From a virus (Duplodnaviria > Caudoviricetes): a stretch of 64,000 nucleotides of DNA. The DNA lies in the IMG/VR virus record IMGVR_UViG_3300029305_003084; one strand, written 5' to 3'. Below, in pieces: positions 1-8,712 of the stretch. A model generated the notes under the pieces. The model was not told where the DNA came from and ran no database searches. It worked only from the letters and a program-made list of their open reading frames with translations. Both the position numbers and the translations under genes were made by a program. Position 1 is the stretch's first letter, and the number at the start of each line of letters is the position of its first letter.

Positions 1-151
1 CAATATGAGTGTAGGTGAAAGGTAATTTTACACATACACCTTCAGCTTCATTCATGTTACAAGGTACATAAGACCCGTTTTGATGAAGCTTAATATATAC
101 AGCGGTTTCTGAATAACCGATTAATGAATTGTCTTTAGTAATTTTATACAT
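1..151 (-). CDS. Partial small protein downstream of tail-fibre cassette (runs off window edge)
   Basis: ATG at 151 after GGAGG RBS; open frame MYKITKDNSLIGYSETAVYIKLHQNGSYVPC... to position 1. Confidence 0.6.
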   Translation of the reverse strand, partial: MYKITKDNSLIGYSETAVYIKLHQNGSYVPCNMNEAEGVCVKLPFTYTHI

Positions 152-172
152 AATATATTACCTCCATTTATG

Positions 173-1015
173 TTAAATGGTAATTAATGGAACGAAACCA
201 TAAGAATATGAACCTTCCATAGCACCAGCATATGAACTACCCATCTCATATAATATTGCACAATATTTACCAGCTTTTTTATATGAAGGAGATCTAGTCC
301 ACCATGAACATGGTGTAGTTGGATTATCATGTCTATATCTATCTTTAGAATTTCCAGCAGCATAATATGCTAATTGTTTTTGATAATTTTGCTCATAATT
401 ATTAGCTATACTTCTAGTACCCATTACTTCAAATTCAGCAGGAACATATACTGTTTCTGTTGTTGTTGTGACATATTGAGACATACTTAAACCACTACCA
501 GTATTACATGTATAGACAGTTCTAGATCTTAATATTGATTGTAGCTCTGATGGTAATGTATTCTTAAACTCGGCACAAATTAATGTTCTTAGATTAGAAT
601 CTTGCCATCCTTCACTAATACCATCAGAATCATGGTCATGGTTAAAATAATCATTCATAATTGTACTGTTATATCCACTATCAACAAAAGCTATATCAAT
701 GCCATTAGTTAATGTAGATTTACCAAATCCGCAAAGTATATGAGATTCACCATTTGTTTCAACATCTTTATTATGATCAAATGCCAATATTTGCATACAT
801 ACTTTTGTATTGTTAAAAGTTAATCCAATACCAATAGAGCCATTTAATGTTACTTCTTTTACATCACCAACTGAAAAATAATTAGCTGCAACTCCAGTAT
901 CGATTATGGTTTTAATATCTTCCCAAGATATATCATTAAATGGGGTGCCAATAGTAGGGAAGTTTGACGGTGCTACTAGAGGATTAACAATACCACTCAT
1001 AATAATTTTTCCCAT
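173..1015 (-). CDS. DUF6273-like tail/receptor-binding protein (paralog 1)
   Basis: Motifs SWEDIK..YFSVGDVKEVTLNG, GWQDSNLR, EFEVMG, WWTRSP, YGFVP typical of Firmicute phage DUF6273-type proteins; GGAGG RBS. Confidence 0.65.
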   Translation of the reverse strand: MGKIIMSGIVNPLVAPSNFPTIGTPFNDISWEDIKTIIDTGVAANYFSVGDVKEVTLNGSIGIGLTFNNTKVCMQILAFDHNKDVETNGESHILCGFGKSTLTNGIDIAFVDSGYNSTIMNDYFNHDHDSDGISEGWQDSNLRTLICAEFKNTLPSELQSILRSRTVYTCNTGSGLSMSQYVTTTTETVYVPAEFEVMGTRSIANNYEQNYQKQLAYYAAGNSKDRYRHDNPTTPCSWWTRSPSYKKAGKYCAILYEMGSSYAGAMEGSYSYGFVPLITI

Positions 1016-1035
1016 AATATATTACCTCCCCATTA

Positions 1036-1980
1036 TTAAACTGCAAATATAGGACCGACGATATAGAAATATTTACAATCAATACTACTAATCGTTCCTG
1101 AATCACTAATAATTAAAAATTTATTTAATGAATCTGTTGGAACAGAACGTAAAAAACATCTTCCCCCAGATATACTTTCAACACTTGTCCCCTCATCAAA
1201 AATAAAATTTTTTAATTTACTATTTCCAGCAGCATAATATGCGTACTGTTTTTGATAATTTTGTTCATATTGATTTGCATATTTTCGAGTTCCAAATACT
1301 TCAAATTCTGATAATATTGGCAAATAATCTATAGTTGAAGTAACATTACTGGATACGTTACTATTTCCAGCTACATTATTTGAATATTTTATGATGGATT
1401 TCATAACAGATCGAAGATCTTCAGGTAATGTTGACATGAGTGTATTATTTACAGGATTTGTTGTGCATGTATCAGTTGGATTATTACCAGTACGCCCAGA
1501 AGAAGGAGAACTACCATAATTAGAAGGAGGTTGATTGGTACTTCCAAGAAAATCGTATCGTAAATCACATCCAGCCCATCCACCATAATTATAATTACCC
1601 CAATGATTCATATTAGAACCAATACCACCATTAGTTGCACTAGCCCAATAGTTTGTTCCAATACCTATATCATATCCTTTAACTTTACCAATACTAAAAT
1701 GAATGTGGTTTTCGCCTTCTATTTCAGAATTATGATTTATGCCTAAAATATATACATCAATAGCATAATTCGAAAATGTTCTACCATATGAAGAATTACC
1801 CAATTGACCATTTAAAATGATAGTTTTTGTATCACCAACTGAAAAATAATCAGCAGCAATACCAGCATTGGAAATTTTACGAATATCTTTCCAACTCATA
1901 TCATTTAAGTTAGTTCCGATTGGAGGTAATGCTATAGGCATAGTGGATTTTGACGCACCAGAGATAATAATTTTTCCCAT
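1036..1980 (-). CDS. DUF6273-like tail/receptor-binding protein (paralog 2)
   Basis: Same motifs as 173..1015 (SWKDI, YFSVGDTK, GGWAGCDLR, EFEVFG, YEQNYQKQYAYYAAGNSK). Confidence 0.65.
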   Translation of the reverse strand: MGKIIISGASKSTMPIALPPIGTNLNDMSWKDIRKISNAGIAADYFSVGDTKTIILNGQLGNSSYGRTFSNYAIDVYILGINHNSEIEGENHIHFSIGKVKGYDIGIGTNYWASATNGGIGSNMNHWGNYNYGGWAGCDLRYDFLGSTNQPPSNYGSSPSSGRTGNNPTDTCTTNPVNNTLMSTLPEDLRSVMKSIIKYSNNVAGNSNVSSNVTSTIDYLPILSEFEVFGTRKYANQYEQNYQKQYAYYAAGNSKLKNFIFDEGTSVESISGGRCFLRSVPTDSLNKFLIISDSGTISSIDCKYFYIVGPIFAV

Positions 1981-1992
1981 AATAATACCCCC

Positions 1993-3177
1993 TTAAGCAG
2001 CAGAACCTGCAACAAATGCAGTAGAACTTGTACTTGCACAGAACTCTTTATTTACTAAATCCCAAAAACCAGCAACATTAGAAGAATTTTTGCAAGGAAC
2101 ATAATGTCGTATTAATGTACCATTATCATAGATTTGACAAGAATACATTTTAGCCGAAACATATCCAGAAATAGTTCCAGCAGTATTACATGCAAATAAA
2201 GCCAGATTAGTATTACTTTGGAATGTAGTAGCTGTCCATGTTTTATTATAACCATTAATTGTTAACGAATTCTTATTATAATCAATACTTAGTCTTTCAG
2301 TTATTGTAATACTTGAAAAAGCATATCTGTTATTACTACTACTATAGTCAGAATTCCAAGTACTACCACTTAATAAAAATACACTTTTTGAACCAGACGC
2401 TGTAGAATCACGACCTTCGAACAGCCATGCATGAGAAGAAGGTTGTGATGTAACCTGAGCATCAACAACAACTCGTGTATTCTGATTATGTTTAAAACCA
2501 GTGTCTAAATACTGGCTACCAGTAGATTCAATATATGATAATCTAGTATATCCGCTAGGTAGTGATATAATATAACCTGCATTAAATGCAGTTGAACTTG
2601 CACTACTATAGAATGTTTTACCAACAGTATCATACATACCAACAGTACCAGAAGAATTAACACATGGTACAAAGTTTCGAACTAATGTACCATTATCATA
2701 AATTTTACAATTTTTAATTTTACCACTGGAGCAGGTTTTTGCTGTACCAGCATCATTTGTACTAAATAAATATATAGAATAAGGGGATGAGAATGTATTT
2801 GCTGATGTGTATGTACCATCAGTAACAGTATCAGTTTTATTTACTGTAGTTACATCCTTATTTTTATCAATATGAGTAGCAGATGTTGATGTAACATATA
2901 TTTCATGTGCAACGTTATAGTCAGTTCTGATTTTACTATTTACAAATAGCATACTGAAGTTAACATTGGTACTAGTTCGTGCACCAAAAATCCAACAAGT
3001 TGTACTTGTATTGGGAAAATCACAATCCATTACAACACGAGTATCTTGATTTGGATTAAACCCAGTATCTAAATATTGTGTACCGGTAGACTCAATATAT
3101 GATAATCGAGTATATCCACTGGGCAATCCATTAAAACTATGATTACTACCTTTTCTTAAATATAGAATGTGGCCCAT
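1993..3177 (-). CDS. Tail-fibre-associated protein with two tandem ~190-aa beta-sandwich (lectin-like) repeats
   Basis: Internal duplication LPSGYTRLSYIESTG.QYLDTGF...IYDNGTL.R..VPC.NSS; S/T/G-rich. Confidence 0.6.
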   Translation of the reverse strand: MGHILYLRKGSNHSFNGLPSGYTRLSYIESTGTQYLDTGFNPNQDTRVVMDCDFPNTSTTCWIFGARTSTNVNFSMLFVNSKIRTDYNVAHEIYVTSTSATHIDKNKDVTTVNKTDTVTDGTYTSANTFSSPYSIYLFSTNDAGTAKTCSSGKIKNCKIYDNGTLVRNFVPCVNSSGTVGMYDTVGKTFYSSASSTAFNAGYIISLPSGYTRLSYIESTGSQYLDTGFKHNQNTRVVVDAQVTSQPSSHAWLFEGRDSTASGSKSVFLLSGSTWNSDYSSSNNRYAFSSITITERLSIDYNKNSLTINGYNKTWTATTFQSNTNLALFACNTAGTISGYVSAKMYSCQIYDNGTLIRHYVPCKNSSNVAGFWDLVNKEFCASTSSTAFVAGSAA

Positions 3178-3515
3178 TAGACCACCTCCAGAATAAAGGG
3201 AATTTCTACAGTATTTGCATCACCATAGATATAAAACATAGCACCACCATCCACAGTTTCAGCATCACCATTGGTGATAAACTCTAAAAACTGATTGGTT
3301 TCTTCAACATAAGCAGCATAACCATCAGTAGTTCTTTCATGAGTATTAATGTTATCTGCCTTACCAGTATGCTTTGCAGTAACACCTTCAATAGCAACAA
3401 ACTGAGTTTTAACACCAGTGTTTTCATCCTCAGTCCAAGTAGTACTGATTACACCAGTAAATACTTTTGCACCAGATCCACCACTGTTGTTATTTAACAT
3501 AGGAATAAAAGCCAT
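3177..3515 (-). CDS. Small tail-associated protein (start reassigned to MAFIPML)
   Basis: AGGAGG RBS before ATG at 3515; stop overlaps next start codon. Confidence 0.6.
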   Translation of the reverse strand: MAFIPMLNNNSGGSGAKVFTGVISTTWTEDENTGVKTQFVAIEGVTAKHTGKADNINTHERTTDGYAAYVEETNQFLEFITNGDAETVDGGAMFYIYGDANTVEIPFILEVV

Positions 3516-3589
3516 AATATACTTACCTCCTAAATTTATTTTTAGTCTATTATAATAGACATATATGTTTTTCTTATAGATTCTTATTA

Positions 3590-3631
3590 TATGTATTTCA
3601 TTAATGAAACATTTCATTAATGAAATACATA
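3590..3631. repeat. Near-perfect palindrome between divergent paralogous genes
   Basis: TATGTATTTCATTAATGAAA-CA-TTTCATTAATGAAATACATA; each arm contains the palindrome TTTCATTAATGAAA. Confidence 0.7.
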
Positions 3632-3692
3632 TAATAAGCTTCAATTTAAATAACAATAAATACATATATTCATACAGAAGGGATGATTGAAT

Positions 3693-4025
3693 ATGAGTTT
3701 TATTCCTATGCTAATCAATAATTCGGGGAGTAGTAATTCGGAAATTAAAATTGGTGCATATATTGGAGATAGTAATGAATCTCAAATAATAAATTTAGGA
3801 TTTACACCTTCAATTGTTTTCGTTGTGTGTAAGGAAGTTATTCATGATGATACAGGGGAATATAAAGCTATTGCATTGACTAATAATCCTGCAAAGGCTA
3901 CTGTCACGCGTCTTGAAATTGTTGAAAATGGATTTAAGTCATATTATTATAGCAGTACAACAGTTGCAAAATGTTCCATGCTAAATTACGCTAGTTACAA
4001 TTATTTATATATTGCAGTAAAATAA
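3693..4025 (+). CDS. Small tail-associated protein, N-terminus paralogous to 3177..3515
   Basis: MSFIPMLINNSGSS; G.Y.GD...Q.I.LGFTP..V motif seen in tail-fibre C-terminal modules. Confidence 0.55.
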   Translation: MSFIPMLINNSGSSNSEIKIGAYIGDSNESQIINLGFTPSIVFVVCKEVIHDDTGEYKAIALTNNPAKATVTRLEIVENGFKSYYYSSTTVAKCSMLNYASYNYLYIAVK

Positions 4026-4081
4026 CTTGTTATATTTCAATTAATATGAGATATTCATATACTAAATAACTAATATGGTTT

Positions 4082-4113
4082 TAGAGATATAGGTAAAATT
4101 ACCTATATCTCTA
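4082..4113. terminator. Hairpin, probable intrinsic terminator
   Basis: AGAGATATAGGTAA-AA-TTACCTATATCTCT inverted repeat. Confidence 0.6.
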
Positions 4114-4177
4114 ATTGTTTTTAACCCTTGAAAACAATACTGTAATATTAATATATACAAGAAATGGGGTGACTAAC

Positions 4178-5785
4178 ATGCAGATTAATATTAATAAAAA
4201 TAGAATTTTACAAGCAAAAATTACACCTAACATGATTATTCAGGAACATTGTAATCGGGTATGTAATAACCCCACACCTGTTAACATTTCTGAATTCATG
4301 TTAAATTTTAAATCACTCCCTAGACAGACTATTTTAGAAAATCTGTCATGTTTATATAAAATCAATACAAAGCAATCTATTAGTTTTCTAAATCATATTT
4401 TAGAAAATTCTAATCTTTCTGAAGAACAGTTACAAGAATATTCTTATCATATAAAAGAATATATTCTTGAAAATGATATGGATGAATCATCTTATGAAGA
4501 TACTTTTAAATTAATTGAAAATTTAATTCAGGATACAGATAATATTGAAAAGATCAAAGAGTCAATTAAGTATTCTCTTGCATCTGATAGATTTACAAAG
4601 CATTATGCTTGTGAATCTTATTATCTAGATACTGAATTAGATATTATTGCTTATAATATTAATTACAATCCTGAGACAATTACACAGTTAGAATTATTAT
4701 TAAGAAAGATTAAGATGTCAAAAGGTGCTGAATATTTTAATGAATTCCCTGGTCTATTAGACAAATCAACAAAAATGATTTGTAATATTGAAATGAATAT
4801 GACTGGTGATGTATTAGAATTGGTTACATCAGTACCTATTGTAATTGCTGAAAAATTATCAGAATGTAAAGTTCCTCCTACTCAGGCAAAGAATTTTATC
4901 CGATTAATTGATAAGCAAATTATTACAATGACTAAGACATTAAAAAATAATGCAGGAACTCAATATAATTTATATTATTCCTATTTACAGTCTTTGCAGA
5001 AAGCAAAAGAAATTCTTACTAATAGAACTACTACCAAGGTATTAGAACACATTGCTGAAATGCAACCCGATGTTATTTATTCTGATGGTGTATTAGAAGA
5101 TATTGCTGCTGAAATTGAAGATTCTTTAGTCGATATTTTCTATGATCCGGAATCAGAAAATGATATGAAAGTAATGGAAAATTTCTATAAACTTTCTATG
5201 AAATATACTAATTTATTAGAAGCTAAAAATACCGGTGTAAGTAAAGGTGTTCGAAATGCTGCTAATAAAGTAGGTAATGCAAATAGAAAAGTTGCTAATA
5301 AAGTAGTTGCTAAAGCACATGATAGTGCTAGGGTAAAAACTACAATATCAAAATCTTTTGATCCTCTTGTTAATCTTATTAATAACACAGTGAATAAGAT
5401 TAAAGAACAAGACAAAAAAGAAAGAACTGACCGTATAGTTACTGGACAGTTTAGTTTTAAATTAAAGAATGTTATCAAAAAGGGTATTGGTGCAATTGCT
5501 TTATTTACTGTAACAAAAGGTGTTGTTGCTTCAGCAGTTAATCCTCTTGTTGGTGCAGTAATTGGTGCAATTACATTATATGCTGCATTTGGTAGAGATA
5601 GAAAATTAGATAGAAAAACAAGACAAAAAGTCATAAAAGACTTAGAAGAAGAATTAGTTATTGTCAATGAAAAAATTGATGATGCTAAGGGTGATGGTGA
5701 TAAGCAGGCAAAATACCAGCTTATGAGAGTTCGTTCTCAACTAGAACGTGATATTGAACGAATTAAATTCCATCTTGATGAGTAA
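4178..5785 (+). CDS. Virion (probably head) structural protein
   Basis: Late promoter AACA-N6-TA at 4133-4144, RBS before ATG 4178; first gene of capsid operon; basic C-terminal half with hydrophobic stretch after an LLEA motif. Confidence 0.55.
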   Translation: MQININKNRILQAKITPNMIIQEHCNRVCNNPTPVNISEFMLNFKSLPRQTILENLSCLYKINTKQSISFLNHILENSNLSEEQLQEYSYHIKEYILENDMDESSYEDTFKLIENLIQDTDNIEKIKESIKYSLASDRFTKHYACESYYLDTELDIIAYNINYNPETITQLELLLRKIKMSKGAEYFNEFPGLLDKSTKMICNIEMNMTGDVLELVTSVPIVIAEKLSECKVPPTQAKNFIRLIDKQIITMTKTLKNNAGTQYNLYYSYLQSLQKAKEILTNRTTTKVLEHIAEMQPDVIYSDGVLEDIAAEIEDSLVDIFYDPESENDMKVMENFYKLSMKYTNLLEAKNTGVSKGVRNAANKVGNANRKVANKVVAKAHDSARVKTTISKSFDPLVNLINNTVNKIKEQDKKERTDRIVTGQFSFKLKNVIKKGIGAIALFTVTKGVVASAVNPLVGAVIGAITLYAAFGRDRKLDRKTRQKVIKDLEEELVIVNEKIDDAKGDGDKQAKYQLMRVRSQLERDIERIKFHLDE

Positions 5786-5798
5786 GGGGTGAAAATTC

Positions 5799-6422
5799 GT
5801 GGCAATATTTAATTTTAGGAAAAACATATTATTAGAAGCTGAAAAAGAAACTATTGAAGTGGAAGAAAATGACAATGTCGATTATACCGAAGATGTAGAA
5901 ACTCCTGAAGATACTGAAACCACAGACGATGAAACTCAAACTGAAGAAGAACCAACTGATGATACAGAAACAGATGAACCTGTAGAAGATGAAGGTACTG
6001 ATGAAGGTGATGATACAACAGATTATACTGAGGATATCACAGATGATACTGCTGGTACTGATGATATGACTGGTGAAGAATCTCCTGAAGAAACATCAGA
6101 AGAACCTACTACTGAAGAACCATCTGAAGATGATATCAAAAATGCAAATTTATTAAAAGATATTATTACATTATATTATGAAGTTATTAACATAACTAAT
6201 AAGATTGATAATATTATTGATATTAATTTTGATGTCAACCAAGTCTGTGTTAAAGTAAAAAATAATTTAACTACTTTAAATGAGTACCTTTATGATTTAG
6301 TAACAGGACCATTTAAAACAAATACATATGTTAAAAATTTATATATCTATCAATATGCTCTTGAAATTGTTAAAATAAACATAGAAATGTTTAGAAATAT
6401 CAAAGATTTCAATTCTATGTAA
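5799..6422 (+). CDS. Acidic head-assembly (scaffold-like) protein
   Basis: About 95-aa D/E/T-rich low-complexity tract; immediately upstream of putative MCP. Confidence 0.45.
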   Translation: MAIFNFRKNILLEAEKETIEVEENDNVDYTEDVETPEDTETTDDETQTEEEPTDDTETDEPVEDEGTDEGDDTTDYTEDITDDTAGTDDMTGEESPEETSEEPTTEEPSEDDIKNANLLKDIITLYYEVINITNKIDNIIDINFDVNQVCVKVKNNLTTLNEYLYDLVTGPFKTNTYVKNLYIYQYALEIVKINIEMFRNIKDFNSM

Positions 6423-6564
6423 TATAACATTTATATAAAATAATATATTGTTTATTCCACAGAAAATAGTGAATTAGCTATATTTATTTTTATTTTACGA
6501 TAATTCACGATATATTTGTTTTAACAAACAAATATATAAAAATTAGAAAGGATGTGTATCTTAT

Positions 6565-8556
6565 ATGTATGAATATCTGGATCATTCCGATAGCGTAAAA
6601 GTTATCGGTTCTTTTTCACTAGATAAGAATGCAGATTTTAAAAACTCCGTAAAGCATCTATTTGAGTCTTTCCAGAGCAGTTATCAGGTAGATGCAATTT
6701 CTGATATTACTAAGATTCTAAGAGTTGATGCTCTAAAGGAAGCTTATAAGGAAGAGCTACTACATGACGTTATGGAAAGTAACGTTGATGATGATTACTA
6801 TGCAACTATGCCCGAGAAGCTAGATCAGCTATTTGAGAACTCTTCTCTAGAGCTACTACGCGAGTCTGGTGTTGCTGCACTAGCACCTATCGTTGGTATT
6901 ACTCTACCCATCCTAAAGAAGTCCTACATTGAGGGTCATTCTAAGGATATCGTCATGACTGAGGTTCCTACCAAGCCCATTATTAAGGCTGCTTATGAGC
7001 GTAGATTCCTAAAGGATAGAGATGGTAAGAAGTATTATATCCCTGACGTTTTCTACAATGATTCTTATAAGGCTGTTATGTCCCAGGGTAGAGGTAAGCC
7101 TATCTCTAACAAGTGGTATCCTGATGGTACTGCAGTTACTGCTTTCCCCTTCATGGACCTAAACATCCTAAATGAGTCTGGTGGTACTATTCAGACCAGA
7201 GACACTCTAGCTATGGACTTCTGTGTTCAGGCTGTTAAGATGACTGTTGATGGTGCTGAGCAGACTATCAATGTCAATGTATCTCCCAACATGGCAGCTA
7301 ATAGTTCCTTTACTGCTGAGATCAAGGCTACCAATGCTGCTGGTCAGGAAGTTAAGGATATCCTAACTGGTCAGGTTGACTTCTATCATGGTACTGTTTC
7401 TTGCGGTTCTATGGCTGGTCTAATTACTGCTGTTCAGTTCGGTGGCCATATGTCCAACGAAAATAACAACGAGACTATTGAGCTAGATCGCGAGAGAGAA
7501 CTACTCGAGTGGAAGATTCCTGATGGTGTCCGCATCAATACAGGTCTAACCCTCGAGAAGATTAAGGATTACAAGGCTCTATTTGATTTCGATATTACTA
7601 CTGAGATCATTGCTGATATGTCTACTGTTCTATCTCAGTATGAAGATAGTGAGATCCTAGGCTATCTAAATGATCGTTATGATTACTGGAAGAACCGTAG
7701 TAATGATCTACTACCTTTCGGTTACACTGATGGCTTCACTGAGGAAGCATACTTCTCTTGTGAGCCTCCTGCAAACAAGTATGTCACTCGTTCTATGTAC
7801 ATTGAGACCGAGCTCAAATATGACCTAAACCGTTTCATCGATGAGCTAAAGGTTAAGCTACGTGAACAGGACCTAATGTTTGTTGTTTATGGTCATCCCA
7901 ACAACATCACTTTAATCCAGGATAATGTCCGTTGGATTATTGATGAAGATACTAAGATTGGTGGCATTCAGCTAGACTATCGCTTTGGTGTCATGACTGC
8001 TAACAAGAACCGTATCCACGTTATCTCCACTATGAAGTGTCCTAGAGGCCGTGGTCTACGTGTTGTTGCATATCCTCTAACCAAGGAAATCATCACCTTC
8101 AAGCACTATAAGTACAGTCTAAACATTGAGAATGCATATCGCAATCCTATGACTCCTCTGATTCCCAACGTCATGGGTACTTCTCGTTTCATTACCACTG
8201 ACGTTCTACCTGTTCAGGGTGAGTTCCATATTCTTGACAATAAGTTTGCACTAAATCCTCCTATTGTCCAGAATCCTGAGACTGCAACCCAGGCAGCAAC
8301 TCCTGTTGTCAGCTTAGCTGCAGGTACTTATGAGGGTATGAGAACTGTTACTGTAAGTTCTCCCACTCCCGGTTGCACCTTCTTCTACACTGTAGACGGT
8401 AACGATCCTGCTGTTGGTGCAGGCACTAACGCAGGTACCGGTGTTGTCTACAATGGTGCTATTACTATTTCTAGCTCCTGCACACTTAAGGTTATCGCTG
8501 TCCGTGACGGTTATCTACCCTCTGCAGTTGCATCTGTTGAATATACTATCGAATAA
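6565..8556 (+). CDS. Major capsid protein with C-terminal Fn3-associated/chitobiase-like Ig domain
   Basis: 663 aa; two late promoters (6426-6437, 6527-6538); strongest codon bias in window; HK97-like features (EII.DMS..LSQYEDSEIL); C-terminal ATPVVSLAAGTY...FYTVDG.DP...Y.GAITISSSCTLKVIAV. Confidence 0.7.
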   Translation: MYEYLDHSDSVKVIGSFSLDKNADFKNSVKHLFESFQSSYQVDAISDITKILRVDALKEAYKEELLHDVMESNVDDDYYATMPEKLDQLFENSSLELLRESGVAALAPIVGITLPILKKSYIEGHSKDIVMTEVPTKPIIKAAYERRFLKDRDGKKYYIPDVFYNDSYKAVMSQGRGKPISNKWYPDGTAVTAFPFMDLNILNESGGTIQTRDTLAMDFCVQAVKMTVDGAEQTINVNVSPNMAANSSFTAEIKATNAAGQEVKDILTGQVDFYHGTVSCGSMAGLITAVQFGGHMSNENNNETIELDRERELLEWKIPDGVRINTGLTLEKIKDYKALFDFDITTEIIADMSTVLSQYEDSEILGYLNDRYDYWKNRSNDLLPFGYTDGFTEEAYFSCEPPANKYVTRSMYIETELKYDLNRFIDELKVKLREQDLMFVVYGHPNNITLIQDNVRWIIDEDTKIGGIQLDYRFGVMTANKNRIHVISTMKCPRGRGLRVVAYPLTKEIITFKHYKYSLNIENAYRNPMTPLIPNVMGTSRFITTDVLPVQGEFHILDNKFALNPPIVQNPETATQAATPVVSLAAGTYEGMRTVTVSSPTPGCTFFYTVDGNDPAVGAGTNAGTGVVYNGAITISSSCTLKVIAVRDGYLPSAVASVEYTIE

Positions 8557-8621
8557 TATAAACAATATTATAGGTAATGTATCTCACATTAAGATAAGGA
8601 ATCATATTCCGAAACCTCCAT

Positions 8622-8660
8622 TAAAGTGGAAGTACCTTCATAGGTACTTCCACTTTATTT
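8622..8660 (+). terminator. Intrinsic terminator after MCP
   Basis: AAAGTGGAAGTACCT-TCAT-AGGTACTTCCACTTT followed by T-rich run. Confidence 0.75.
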
Positions 8661-8712
8661 TTATGCAATTTAACATTACTGTAATAGTTAATGATGAAAG
8701 GCGTGAAAATAT

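Noticed and set aside
173-1980. Diversity-generating retroelement
   Set aside because: No reverse transcriptase or adenine-specific template/variable repeat pair visible in the window
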